Shown here one piece after another: positions 1 to 9,737 of a stretch of 64,000 bases of DNA (position 1 is the first letter of the stretch; every line of letters begins with the position of its first letter). The notes beneath the pieces were generated by a model. That model did not search any database. It was not told the DNA's origin and was given only the letters and a program-made list of their open reading frames with translations. Location: positions 186,001 through 250,000 of the IMG/VR virus record IMGVR_UViG_3300050120_000230; one strand, given 5' to 3'. The position numbers were made by a program, and so were the translations under genes.

Positions 1-34
1 CCTGAAGCGCCAGTGCGGTGGCCCGGTAAGCGGC

Positions 35-499
35 ATGTCTGCCGAACTGCTCGATCAGTTTCTATTGGCGCCTCGCTTTCGAAACCCACCGTATCAATCC
101 ACGCCGGTGAAGAAAGAGGTTCGCTACCTCGGGGACAATAAGCTGGGATTTCGTTGCAAACGATCCGATGAGATCATGCACGACATCAAAGCCATGTCTA
201 ATCGTGGCCGCGATAGCACTTGGAAAGAACAACACCGCCCATACTTCAATCGGCAGCACAAGTTGTGGGTGATCTCCATCACCGCTGACACCTACCAAAG
301 CGTGGTCAAACTGATCGGCAGTCATGGCTTCGACGCTGACGACGCGGTGATCGAATATCTCGCATTGGCAGACAGCAGTCGAGGCCAAGCCAGCACCTTT
401 GTTCTCGATGATACGACGGGCTCCATTGTCGTCAACATCTGTGACAATCCTGTGCTCGAAAGCTGGGTCAAGCGCGTGATCTTTGGGGAAATCCTGTGA
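35..499 (+). CDS. hypothetical protein
   Basis: 154-aa ORF, translationally coupled (GTGA overlap) to the next gene. Confidence 0.6.
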   Translation: MSAELLDQFLLAPRFRNPPYQSTPVKKEVRYLGDNKLGFRCKRSDEIMHDIKAMSNRGRDSTWKEQHRPYFNRQHKLWVISITADTYQSVVKLIGSHGFDADDAVIEYLALADSSRGQASTFVLDDTTGSIVVNICDNPVLESWVKRVIFGEIL

Positions 500-1284
500 A
501 CCAAGATTTTCTCATCTCTGGTTCACCGGGCATGGCACGCCGTCTTGTGCAATTGGCTTCCGTTTGCACAATCAATCTCGATCCTGCGGTCGTCGCTCTG
601 GCTGGCACTGGCTTCCTGACTGACGAAGATTTCGCGCCATATCCGAAGCTTTCGCTGACCGAACGCTCAGCCGTTCAGCGCATCATCGACTTCGAATTCC
701 GTTGTGTGTTCCCGGCCCAAGGAACAGTCGGTGGCATGGTGCTATTGGCGGCAGCGAAACTCGCCAAGATCGAACCGATCTTCGTGCTCACGCGCCGTGA
801 ACGCTACTGGCAATCCTTCGCCGAAGAGATGAAAATCCCGCCCGAGAATCTCGTGATGATGACGCGCATTGATCGTCGCAAAGGGCCGGACCCCGACCTG
901 ATCCGTGACCGTCGCCATGGTCTATTGATCGTGGACGAGATGATGGACTCACTGGAATCCTCGATCCTCGCCATGGATTTCCAGAAGACGGTTATTCTCT
1001 CCAATCGACGACTCATCACCGATCTCACACAGGCGATCACCGTGCTCTCGCCGGACTCACCGACCGACCTTCTCACCAACATCAATCCGTATTTCAAGAA
1101 AGACTTGGCGGCGGCTGGCTTCAAGACGACACGCCGCGAAGATTTGGCGTTCATGCTGGGTGTCGTCACCGATCTCATGGTGTTCACCTCCGAGCCTGAT
1201 CCCGAAGACATCGAGATCGACCCCGAACTGTTTGCCCGGTTGGAGCGCAATGTGGCGCTCGGCCACCTCCGTTTGGACGGCTGA
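496..1284 (+). CDS. hypothetical protein, possibly a degenerate SF2/SNF2 helicase N-terminal domain
   Basis: 262-aa ORF; LLIVDE Walker-B-like motif but no Walker A. Confidence 0.55.
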   Translation: MNQDFLISGSPGMARRLVQLASVCTINLDPAVVALAGTGFLTDEDFAPYPKLSLTERSAVQRIIDFEFRCVFPAQGTVGGMVLLAAAKLAKIEPIFVLTRRERYWQSFAEEMKIPPENLVMMTRIDRRKGPDPDLIRDRRHGLLIVDEMMDSLESSILAMDFQKTVILSNRRLITDLTQAITVLSPDSPTDLLTNINPYFKKDLAAAGFKTTRREDLAFMLGVVTDLMVFTSEPDPEDIEIDPELFARLERNVALGHLRLDG

Positions 1285-1424
1285 TCTTCATAAATAAGTA
1301 TATGTAAAAGCTCGATATTTTCGAGCAAAGGTCTAGCTAGTATTTCTGACTAGACAGAAGATATTGCATTTCAAGTTCCTCAGCAATTACGCTGAGGCTA
1401 TTCATTTTTACTGGTATATTTTAA

Positions 1425-2882
1425 GTGAAAACTGCTGTTCTCAAGATCAGCGACCAAGTCAACTGCAAGCTAGAGGGCCTAGAGCCTGAAGTTCGCCGCA
1501 AGATTTCGGACGCCTGCAAATATTTCGTGCCCTACGCTCGCCATATGCCCGCTTTCAAGCTCGGGCGGTGGGACGGGAAGATTGCGTTCGCGTCCATCGG
1601 CGGCAGCACGTTCATCAATATGCTTGATCGCATCCTGCCGTTGGTGATCGAAGCGGGTTACGACATTCAGGTTGATGATCGTCGTCCGAGCTACAGTTTT
1701 GAGTTCCCTGAGATCACGGAAGACATGCTGGCCGAAAAGGTCTGGCCGGAAGGTCACCCTATTGCTGGGCAGTCGATCATGCTGCGCGACTATCAGGTGC
1801 AGGCGATCAAGACCTATCTCGACAACCTGCAATCCATTCAGTCGATCTCTACCGGCGCCGGTAAGACGCTGCTGACGGCCACGCTGTCGTCGCTGATTGA
1901 GCCCTACGGCCGCTCCATTGTCATTGTGCCGAACAAGAGCCTCGTCGAGCAAACCGAGGAAGATTACCTGAACCTTGGCCTCGACGTGGGCGTGTTCTAC
2001 GGCGACCGCAAGGAATGGGGCAAGACCCACACCATCTGCACATGGCAGAGCCTCGGAGCGTTTTCCAAGAAGACCAAAGCAGGCGAAGCCGACATTCCGA
2101 TTCACGACTTCCTTGACGGTGTGGTCTGCGTAATGGTGGATGAAGTGCACTCGGCCAAGGCTGACGTGCTGAAAGACCTGTTGACTGGGCCGATGGCTCA
2201 CATCCCGATCCGGTGGGGCCTTACCGGCACCATCCCGAAGGAAGACTTCGAATATATGTCGCTGGCGGTTTCGCTCGGCCCGGTGGTCGGTGAAATCAAG
2301 GCATCGGACCTGCAAGCGCAGGGTGTCCTTGCACAGTGTCAGGTTGAAGTGCTTCAACTTCAGGACGAGGGTGAGTTCGGGACCTACCCAGACGAATACG
2401 AGTTTCTCACGTCTGACAAGACGCGTCTCGATTACATCGCCGCCCAGTGCAAGAAATTTGCGCTCGAAGGCAACACCCTGATCCTCGTGGATCGTATCGA
2501 GTGCGGAAAATATCTGCGCGACGCAATTGGCGATGAAGCGGTGTTCGTCTCTGGCGAAGTGAAGACCAAAGATCGTCGCAAGGAATACAAGGAAGTCCAG
2601 ACTTCCGAAGGCAAGATCATCATCGCCACTTATGGCGTTGCGGCGGTCGGTATCAACATCCCGCGCATCTTCAATCTCGTGCTGATCGAGGCTGGAAAGA
2701 GTTTTGTCCGCGTCATCCAATCCATCGGCCGGGGCATCCGTAAGGCAGAGGACAAGGACTTCGTCCAAATCTACGACATCACGTCGTCGATGAAGTTCTC
2801 GGCACGTCACCTCACCAAGCGGAAGGGTTTCTACAAAGACGCCAACTATCCGTATCACGTCACGAAGGTGAACTACCGGTGA
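1425..2882 (+). CDS. uvsW: UvsW-like SF2 DNA helicase
   Basis: LRDYQ Q-motif, TGAGKT, DEVH, LTGT, YGVAAVGINIPRI and QSIGRGIR motifs. Confidence 0.92.
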   Translation: MKTAVLKISDQVNCKLEGLEPEVRRKISDACKYFVPYARHMPAFKLGRWDGKIAFASIGGSTFINMLDRILPLVIEAGYDIQVDDRRPSYSFEFPEITEDMLAEKVWPEGHPIAGQSIMLRDYQVQAIKTYLDNLQSIQSISTGAGKTLLTATLSSLIEPYGRSIVIVPNKSLVEQTEEDYLNLGLDVGVFYGDRKEWGKTHTICTWQSLGAFSKKTKAGEADIPIHDFLDGVVCVMVDEVHSAKADVLKDLLTGPMAHIPIRWGLTGTIPKEDFEYMSLAVSLGPVVGEIKASDLQAQGVLAQCQVEVLQLQDEGEFGTYPDEYEFLTSDKTRLDYIAAQCKKFALEGNTLILVDRIECGKYLRDAIGDEAVFVSGEVKTKDRRKEYKEVQTSEGKIIIATYGVAAVGINIPRIFNLVLIEAGKSFVRVIQSIGRGIRKAEDKDFVQIYDITSSMKFSARHLTKRKGFYKDANYPYHVTKVNYR

Positions 2883-3301
2883 CCATTGATCTAAGCAAAC
2901 TGGCTTTGAAACCCGGAAGCCCTCCCGTCCACTTGTGGCGTGATCCGAACCCAGTTCCTTTTCCAAGAAAAACAACGCCCGTGACTCGAAAGGCTCCGGC
3001 TTTCGTCATAAGCACAAAATCATATTCCGACGATGATCTTGTGCGAGATGAGATGGGATTGAGGCAAGTATATGCATCCGCCGTGATTTTGGTTTTCGAT
3101 CACGAAGGAAATGGCAAATACGTTTTTCGGTTCGTGAAAAACAGACATGCGTCCGATTTTGTAGAGACGGAGTATTACGAAAGACTTCGATCTACTATCA
3201 CCGGAAATTTGACGTTTTATCCAACCTCTGCGGAATACGAGTTTGGGTCCTTGGTAATGGACGTGGTTGCGTTCATTGACATGAGGGCAAAATATCCATG
3301 A
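2879..3301 (+). CDS. hypothetical protein
   Basis: 140-aa ORF coupled to both neighbours; more AT-rich than surroundings. Confidence 0.6.
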   Translation: MTIDLSKLALKPGSPPVHLWRDPNPVPFPRKTTPVTRKAPAFVISTKSYSDDDLVRDEMGLRQVYASAVILVFDHEGNGKYVFRFVKNRHASDFVETEYYERLRSTITGNLTFYPTSAEYEFGSLVMDVVAFIDMRAKYP

Positions 3302-3678
3302 CCCGTGAAAACTCAGTCGAACGTCTGCTTGCCCGCGTAGATGAGATCGTGGACTTCACGCCGTATTTTCCGAACACGATTGTTGTCGTGCCGCACAGCG
3401 ATTTTCGTGGAGTGGTGGCCAATGCGTTGATCGATGCATACACCAAAGCCGGGCAATATCTGAAGTGGGCCAGAATTGGCACCGTGGGCAACTACGATTT
3501 CTTGACCCAGATTTTCACCGTCTCCACGAATGCACTGCGCGGGCGGACGGTCGATACTCTCTACATGCCACCGCCGGATGGACTGACAAAAAATCAACTT
3601 CATCACTACAATGAGATGATGAACTCCATGTATCCCGTCATATCGTCGATGCGCTTCTCAAGACTATACGTGTATTAA
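3298..3678 (+). CDS. hypothetical protein
   Basis: 126-aa ORF with ATGA overlap. Confidence 0.6.
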   Translation: MTRENSVERLLARVDEIVDFTPYFPNTIVVVPHSDFRGVVANALIDAYTKAGQYLKWARIGTVGNYDFLTQIFTVSTNALRGRTVDTLYMPPPDGLTKNQLHHYNEMMNSMYPVISSMRFSRLYVY

Positions 3679-3750
3679 ATTGCACCGGAGTCAACGACTT
3701 AGTATAGTCAACTCTTGTTCGGGCAATATTCCGCCCTTTCTAGGAGTAAC

Positions 3751-4254
3751 ATGAGAATCCTTCTTCCTGATAACATCTCCTTCAACATGGAAGAGGTGCC
3801 TAACCAAGTAGACGATCTTCGGTATTGTGTCCTTGATTACTCAAACCAAGCCGATGTTGATTTCTACTTCATTCCGTTGATTTTCTTGGACCAGTTCCCT
3901 CGTCCGGCGGCCGATCTTCAGATTGGAAATTATCGAATCCAAATGCCACTCGATTGGTCGATCATCATCGCGGACAAACATCTTGGCGCCATGGAGATCG
4001 TGGAACTCAAGCACCTCAACGACCGTGACTTCGACGCTTTCGTGCTCAATCCGATCAATGGCTACATGCCGCAGTTCCTTGAGATCACGATACAAAACGT
4101 CTTTCCAGACGTGACGTGGAATATCCCGAAGTTGAAGCGCGGCCACATTCTAGCTGTCCCACTGTCAGACACGCCGGGAGCACCCTGTGCTTTCTTCGTG
4201 AAAGACACCAACAAGTTGCCCGATGGGCTCGACATCTCAAAGGTCTTCGCATGA
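3751..4254 (+). CDS. conserved-looking phage hypothetical protein
   Basis: ATG at 3751 preceded by AGGAG; beta-rich 167-aa ORF. Confidence 0.75.
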   Translation: MRILLPDNISFNMEEVPNQVDDLRYCVLDYSNQADVDFYFIPLIFLDQFPRPAADLQIGNYRIQMPLDWSIIIADKHLGAMEIVELKHLNDRDFDAFVLNPINGYMPQFLEITIQNVFPDVTWNIPKLKRGHILAVPLSDTPGAPCAFFVKDTNKLPDGLDISKVFA

Positions 4255-4442
4255 CGAACTCTGACATCACCTTCCAACAGTGGCTTGCTGAAATCGACAA
4301 GCTTGCCGCCGCCGAAGGTTGCACCACTCCCTACACTCAACAGACCGGTTACGAATGCTGGGCAGACGCTTACGCCGATGGTGTCAGCGCAGCCGAAGCA
4401 TGGTCCGAAGAGAAGGCGTGCGGCGCCTACGACGTAGCTTAA
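4251..4442 (+). CDS. small acidic hypothetical protein
   Basis: ATGA overlap; 63 aa; phage-like codon usage. Confidence 0.65.
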   Translation: MTNSDITFQQWLAEIDKLAAAEGCTTPYTQQTGYECWADAYADGVSAAEAWSEEKACGAYDVA

Positions 4443-4464
4443 CCTCCAACCCCGAAAGCAAGAC

Positions 4465-4953
4465 ATGACACGCACTGAACTCGAAACGCTCATCACCCAA
4501 TACGAAAACCAAGTCGGTCGGGGCAAGATGGACAACGCGGCGCTGACACTCGCCGAAATCATCCGCAGTCTTGCGGATGTGATCCTCCCCCAAGAGGCCA
4601 AGCTGAACCCGCCGCCGTGCGCGCCGTGTGACGTGTCGATCCCGAACAATCCGGTCTTGATCGATCAGTTCAAGTCCACGATCAGCGTGGACGTGCCTGA
4701 AGCCGAACCTGTCGTTGAACCGGTGGTTGAGCCCGAACCTGTGATCGAACCGGTCATTGAAGCACCGGCCGAACCCGTTGTCGAAGTTGAGACAGTGATC
4801 GAAGCGCCGGTCGAAGAGACGGCTGACTCGACAGTCGATGCAGCGGACGAAGAGCCCACTGAAGAAGCGGCGGCTGAAGAGCCTGCCGCTGAGGTCACTG
4901 CCGAAGACGGCGTCGATCCCGCACCCAAGACGCCGAAAAAGCCGAAAGCCTAA
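4465..4953 (+). CDS. acidic low-complexity protein (EPV/EPA repeats)
   Basis: 162 aa; Glu/Pro/Val/Ala-rich C-terminal half with basic tail. Confidence 0.7.
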   Translation: MTRTELETLITQYENQVGRGKMDNAALTLAEIIRSLADVILPQEAKLNPPPCAPCDVSIPNNPVLIDQFKSTISVDVPEAEPVVEPVVEPEPVIEPVIEAPAEPVVEVETVIEAPVEETADSTVDAADEEPTEEAAAEEPAAEVTAEDGVDPAPKTPKKPKA

Positions 4954-4966
4954 CCCGGTTGGAAAA

Positions 4967-5005
4967 CATCTCCCCGCGAGAAAGAATGATCCTCGCGGGG
5001 AGATG
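4967..5005. repeat. perfect 14-bp inverted repeat (hairpin, possible terminator)
   Basis: CATCTCCCCGCGAG-N11-CTCGCGGGGAGATG; no U-tract. Confidence 0.7.
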
Positions 5006-5105
5006 GAGCAACCAAACAGCGGGAGACTGTCGGAAAAATTGACACTGGCGTCTACCGGTATTTATGCTGATATGGTAAACGAGTTTCGATAAGGCGTATT
5101 TTCCC

Positions 5106-5636
5106 GTGGCAGCCCACAAGCTAGACATCTTCGAAACGCTCGCAGCTATCGATAAGCGAGACGGGGAGTTCTACGCCCGCCTGCCTGAAGAAATGCAAAA
5201 AGGTTTCGCGCCACCGGTGGTGCTTCGCTGGGCAAGCGCCGCTGAAGGCCCGGCCGCCGAGCATTACATTTGGCTGGTCAACGACCGGGCCAATGTGAAC
5301 TTCCACGACATTTGGGAACACCCCGAGCTTCAATATAAGCTCTTGGCCTCCTGCGGCTATGGCCGGGGTCAGCGCCACCAGTGGATTCCGATGGTCGGAA
5401 AAAATGCTAAATCCGATCAGGTGAGGGAGTTCCTCTGGCAGTTTTGGCCCGATGCGAACGCCATGGAATTGGACATCCTGTTCAAGCAATTCACTGACGA
5501 AACGTTTGAAGATTTTGTGCTGTCGAGCGGATGCGCGCCAGACGAAGCCAAGGAGATTTTGAAAGCATATGGGCGTCTCACAGGTAAGACCGCAGCTAAA
5601 CCCAAAGGCAAAAAAGGCAAGTCCGCCATCGCCTGA
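5106..5636 (+). CDS. probable clamp-loader small subunit (T4 gp62-like)
   Basis: FAPPVVLRW...HPELQYKLL...G.G..HQWIP pattern resembles gp62-like proteins; upstream TTGACA at 5039. Confidence 0.55.
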   Translation: MAAHKLDIFETLAAIDKRDGEFYARLPEEMQKGFAPPVVLRWASAAEGPAAEHYIWLVNDRANVNFHDIWEHPELQYKLLASCGYGRGQRHQWIPMVGKNAKSDQVREFLWQFWPDANAMELDILFKQFTDETFEDFVLSSGCAPDEAKEILKAYGRLTGKTAAKPKGKKGKSAIA

Positions 5637-6306
5637 GTTTACCTGTGACTACTGTAAGAAGTCCTACGTGAATGAGAGGACGTTTCTCGTTCATATGTGC
5701 GAACCCAAGCGCCGTTGGCTCGATCAAGACGCCAAGCATGTGAAGCTCGGGTTCTTCGTTTTCCAACGGTTCCACGAGGTGAACTACAAGGGTCGCCGAG
5801 AGAAGACATTCGACGATTTCATGCAGAGCCAATTCTACACATCGTTCACAAAATTTGGACGATATCTGCTGAACGTCAATGCCATCAATCCCAAGGGGTT
5901 CATCGACTTCCTAATCAGGACGGAAGTGAAGCTCAACAAGTGGGAAAGCCCTCTCGTCTACGAAACCTACGTGAGGGAGTTGAACAAGAAAGAAACGCCT
6001 GACGCGGCCATCGAGCGGAACTTCCTCTTGATGCAGCAGTGGGCGAATGACACCGGCGAACCTTGGACGGATTTCTTTCGCAAGATCGAACCGGCCTTGG
6101 CCACCAATTGGATCAGATCGGGCCGTATCAGCCCGTGGATTTTGTTCACTGCGTCGAGCGCGAAAGACCTGTTCGCTCGGCTGTCGGATGAGCAATTGGC
6201 TCTGGTCCAGAAAAACATCGATCCAGACTTTTGGAGCTTCAAGCTCGAAAAGGCCGGAGACGATGTGGGATTCATCCGCGAGCAGCTAGACGCAGCGGGT
6301 CTGTAA
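5569..6306 (+). CDS. zinc-finger protein of unknown function
   Basis: FTCDYCKKSYVNERTFLVHMC (C2H-C type finger); overlaps the upstream gene by 68 nt. Confidence 0.7.
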   Translation: MGVSQVRPQLNPKAKKASPPSPEFTCDYCKKSYVNERTFLVHMCEPKRRWLDQDAKHVKLGFFVFQRFHEVNYKGRREKTFDDFMQSQFYTSFTKFGRYLLNVNAINPKGFIDFLIRTEVKLNKWESPLVYETYVRELNKKETPDAAIERNFLLMQQWANDTGEPWTDFFRKIEPALATNWIRSGRISPWILFTASSAKDLFARLSDEQLALVQKNIDPDFWSFKLEKAGDDVGFIREQLDAAGL

Positions 6307-6316
6307 GGGGACGACT

Positions 6317-6724
6317 TTGACACCGGAAGAGAAGGCCGCGCTGCTGGCCATGATGTATGAGCAGCCGGACGAAACCGAAAATACGGAAGACGGTCTGGAC
6401 ATTTTGAAGCGAGTGCGGCCGGACGTGGATTACGATGATCCCAATCCTCCACCACTGGCGAGGCCGTTGACTGAGCCTCCCGGTGTCCGATTCGAAACGG
6501 ATGGTCGATACGTCACATTGACGGTCGATGGTAAGAAGGTGAGCGTCGCCAGCGGGACCTATTGCAAGTCGCTCGAAAAGCGCATCGAGCAACAGGATCG
6601 ATTGTTTCTGCAAATGAAATCGCAGGTTAAGGCAATGCGGCAATTGGTGAACCAGCACGTCGGTGAATTGAGCGACGTGTGGCGGGAACTGGATCGCAAG
6701 ATCAACCTGCGTGATTTGCCATGA
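6317..6724 (+). CDS. hypothetical protein with C-terminal coiled coil
   Basis: 135-aa ORF with heptad-like C-terminus. Confidence 0.65.
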   Translation: MTPEEKAALLAMMYEQPDETENTEDGLDILKRVRPDVDYDDPNPPPLARPLTEPPGVRFETDGRYVTLTVDGKKVSVASGTYCKSLEKRIEQQDRLFLQMKSQVKAMRQLVNQHVGELSDVWRELDRKINLRDLP

Positions 6725-7185
6725 CCACGGTCATCTTGAACGATTTCGTTACGGATAGCCGAACGGCTATCCTGTTCAACTACCCGCAGGACTTCCAGCG
6801 GGTGAACACTTTTTGGGAGACGGAGGATCAGCTTCTCACCAACCTGCAAGGTAACGAAGCGTTCAAGGATCGAACGCGATGGTGTGATCTGTCGCCGACC
6901 CATTTTCGTTTCCTCATCATGTCGAACCTGAACAAGGTTTCGGCTCTGAACGACGACGAACGTGGCGACCCGAACAACATCATCATGGCCAGCCTGACGT
7001 TCCTGCTGACGGGCTTCATCAAGTGCCTTGAGACGCGGACGGAGAGCACGCTCGAACTCATGCGTATCAATCGTCTTGGCGATCATGAGGTGCTCTACGA
7101 CTATGCCGGGAGCATCAACATGAGCCTCGAATCACTTCGCCCAAAATCCGGCCTTCGGGTCATCGTGGACAATACCGGGGCCTAA
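6721..7185 (+). CDS. hypothetical protein
   Basis: 154 aa; ATGA overlap. Confidence 0.7.
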   Translation: MTTVILNDFVTDSRTAILFNYPQDFQRVNTFWETEDQLLTNLQGNEAFKDRTRWCDLSPTHFRFLIMSNLNKVSALNDDERGDPNNIIMASLTFLLTGFIKCLETRTESTLELMRINRLGDHEVLYDYAGSINMSLESLRPKSGLRVIVDNTGA

Positions 7186-7569
7186 ATGTCGATCAAAGAT
7201 ATGCCGATGGGTGGCAACGTTAAGATTTTCACGATGACGAAAATCCCACCCAAGGTTGGCGTCCGCAGCCCCATGAATCGCGTGGGCAAGCCGTTCTACG
7301 ACACGACGAAGGGCCACGACACGATCACTGACATCACCAAAGAAATGTTCGAGAATTATTGGGGCGCCTCGATGCTTCGCAATGTGGGGTTCGAAGTTGT
7401 CCGAGTTTTTTCTATCCCGAATGGTGAGCGCGACAATCAAGAAACGATCATCAAGACCGTGAGAGCAGCGTGCAAAGGTAAGCTCGCTGCACTCGTGACC
7501 GATACCACCTTGAAAATCGCTCTCGAAAAAGAAGAGGACTCTGTCCTCCTGAAGATGTTCCTTGGATGA
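7186..7569 (+). CDS. hypothetical protein, FKL-motif family
   Basis: ends IALEKEEDSVLLKMFLG. Confidence 0.65.
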   Translation: MSIKDMPMGGNVKIFTMTKIPPKVGVRSPMNRVGKPFYDTTKGHDTITDITKEMFENYWGASMLRNVGFEVVRVFSIPNGERDNQETIIKTVRAACKGKLAALVTDTTLKIALEKEEDSVLLKMFLG

Positions 7570-8000
7570 CCTACGCCGTCAGCATCGCTGGCAACCAAGA
7601 CAGCGTCCATTGGGATAGCATCACCCGATGGGTCGAAGCCGTCGCTGGTCCACCCGGCGAACGCTGGTGTCTCTCCAACGACGACGAAGCCTCCATCTAC
7701 ATTTTCAAGCACCGAGCCCACGCCGAGCATTTCAAGCGAGTGTGGTCCTTCACGCCGCTGATTTTGGGTTACGAAGTGTGGGAAGAATTTTGCAATAGCC
7801 GTCTCAGCCGTGCAAGAGTGGATGATTATTGGAGGCATCGAAAGTGGCTCCCGAAAGTGGTCTTGTTTTTCGACCGACCAAAGGCGGTAAGTTCGACATT
7901 CGGCGGACAGAGACATTTTTCGATGCGGCATAAGTGTTGGTTCTTCGAAAACTACACCGATGCATGGCTATTCTGGATTGAGCATTACGAGGGCAAATAG
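7566..8000 (+). CDS. hypothetical protein, two FKL-like modules
   Basis: YIFKHRAHAEHFKRVW and FFENYTDAWLFW. Confidence 0.6.
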   Translation: MTYAVSIAGNQDSVHWDSITRWVEAVAGPPGERWCLSNDDEASIYIFKHRAHAEHFKRVWSFTPLILGYEVWEEFCNSRLSRARVDDYWRHRKWLPKVVLFFDRPKAVSSTFGGQRHFSMRHKCWFFENYTDAWLFWIEHYEGK

Positions 8001-8596
8001 TGCGCGTTACGACCGACATCGACATCGATTTTGCCGACCGCGATATGGCGCTGGTTGGTCTGATGCATGTCGCCGCCAGCATGGAGCAGAAAGGTCAGCT
8101 TTCTCGTCACCCGACTGGGGTCTACTTCCAGAACATCCCCACCGATCCGATCACGGGCTACTCGTCATTCAACTACGAGCAGGCGGCCGACAACGGCTAT
8201 TTCAAGATCGACTTCCTCAACAACTCGATCTACGGCGACGTGCGCGACGAAGAGCACCTCATTGCGTTGATGGCCGATCCCGACTGGGAAATGTTGGAGG
8301 TCGAAGAGATCGTGTCGATGCTCGCACACATCCACAACAGTTTCGGGTTGGTGAGCCAAATCCGACCCAAGAGCGTTGACGATCTGGCCGTTATCCTCGC
8401 GCTGATGCGGCCGGGCAAACGCCACCTGATGAGTCGTTCACGCGAAGAAATCGCCGCCGAAATCTGGAAGACCGGACAAGATGGTTTCGTCTTCAAGCGT
8501 GCCCACGCGATTGCATATGCGGTTAGCATTGTCGTGCAACTCAATTTGCTTTGCGAAAAAACCGCCGCAGCAATCGATGAGGCTGCTGGCCAATGA
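8000..8596 (+). CDS. miniature DnaE (Pol III alpha, family C) catalytic-core-like protein
   Basis: DIDID, HPTGVY, FKIDFL, LMRPG and FKRAHAIAYA correspond to DnaE palm/finger motifs; only 198 aa. Confidence 0.75.
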   Translation: MRVTTDIDIDFADRDMALVGLMHVAASMEQKGQLSRHPTGVYFQNIPTDPITGYSSFNYEQAADNGYFKIDFLNNSIYGDVRDEEHLIALMADPDWEMLEVEEIVSMLAHIHNSFGLVSQIRPKSVDDLAVILALMRPGKRHLMSRSREEIAAEIWKTGQDGFVFKRAHAIAYAVSIVVQLNLLCEKTAAAIDEAAGQ

Positions 8597-8955
8597 ACAC
8601 TTGCTACGTCGAGAATACCACTAGACGCCCGATGACACTCTGTTATGACGTGATGAAGGGATGGCATCACCTCTACACAATGGAGATGATGAAACTCCAA
8701 AGTGGTGAACTCACACTCAACGCGGGGCGCTTTGCTTCGTTCGTCAGAGATGAGCAACCGCACACTGTCACTTTGCGCGTGGATGGCAATGGCGATCAAA
8801 TGCAACGCCGTCTCGCGGAACTCATCACATGGATCGCGGGCCAGCCGGGACTATGGTCTTTCACGTTGAACGCCGAAAGTGTCGGCCGCACGTCGATCAC
8901 GTTTAGCTTCAATCACGTCACGACCGCCGTGACGTTCAAACTGGTCTGGTTTTGA
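8593..8955 (+). CDS. hypothetical protein, FKL-motif family
   Basis: ends FSFNHVTTAVTFKLVWF. Confidence 0.65.
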   Translation: MNTCYVENTTRRPMTLCYDVMKGWHHLYTMEMMKLQSGELTLNAGRFASFVRDEQPHTVTLRVDGNGDQMQRRLAELITWIAGQPGLWSFTLNAESVGRTSITFSFNHVTTAVTFKLVWF

Positions 8956-9674
8956 TGGGCAAAGTCATTCTCGTCCCCGCGATGTCGCGATTTGAAATCC
9001 CTGTCCCGGCCAATGGTGGCCAGTTCACCGGAATGTCGCACGTCTATCCAGTTCAGATGAACATGACATCGGGCTACAACGACGTGGTCGCTGGCGTGCA
9101 GTCGCATGTTCTGGCAGCGTCGGTGACGATTCAAGACCCGAAGACTGAATACCACTACCATGATCCAATGCTCAGCTATGCTGCGTTCTACAGCTTTTCA
9201 GGGTCTTCGGGCGGCACCAACATAACCAGTCGAGCACTCGGCGGCGCCTCGCCGCTGATTCACCGGGTTGATGCGACCATGGTCCCGCGCATGTTCTGGG
9301 ATCACACCGAAATTGAAGACATCGTCCACGAACGGTTCCATGGTCATTTGCTGGTTCAAATCAACAACCAGTCATCCGATTACCGTGAGCCATCGACTTG
9401 GAATTTCTGTGCGGCCGATGGTCGAGATAACGCGGCCTTGTCTGATATGTTGACCCGCCGCAAATCGAACAAGCTGGAATCGCACAAGGGACTGAGAACT
9501 GAGGTCGCCGCGTGGCTTCGAGCTAATGCGACCGACTACGATCTCTTCGATGCGGCCCATTTCGCCGAGCCGAATGACGAGGTTTACATTCGCAACGCGA
9601 CCGAAGCGATCCACTTCAAAATGAAGTGGCACAAACAAGAGCCGGACCCCGAGGAAATCGAGGTTCCGTTCTAG
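8955..9674 (+). CDS. hypothetical protein, FKL-motif family
   Basis: C-terminal YIRNATEAIHFKMKW. Confidence 0.65.
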   Translation: MGKVILVPAMSRFEIPVPANGGQFTGMSHVYPVQMNMTSGYNDVVAGVQSHVLAASVTIQDPKTEYHYHDPMLSYAAFYSFSGSSGGTNITSRALGGASPLIHRVDATMVPRMFWDHTEIEDIVHERFHGHLLVQINNQSSDYREPSTWNFCAADGRDNAALSDMLTRRKSNKLESHKGLRTEVAAWLRANATDYDLFDAAHFAEPNDEVYIRNATEAIHFKMKWHKQEPDPEEIEVPF

Positions 9675-9737
9675 CGATTTTGGTTGACCAAAATCATAAT
9701 TGTGAGAAACTGATCCTTCAATCGCAGGAGGGATCGC

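Noticed and set aside
1291-1307. TAAATA followed by ATG-TAA minigene upstream of uvsW
   Set aside because: A single instance with no supporting context; may simply be a late promoter with a long leader
5607-5616. dnaX-type A-AAA-AAG slippery site
   Set aside because: It is in the zinc-finger frame; a -1 shift would terminate at 5636 and give only a short peptide
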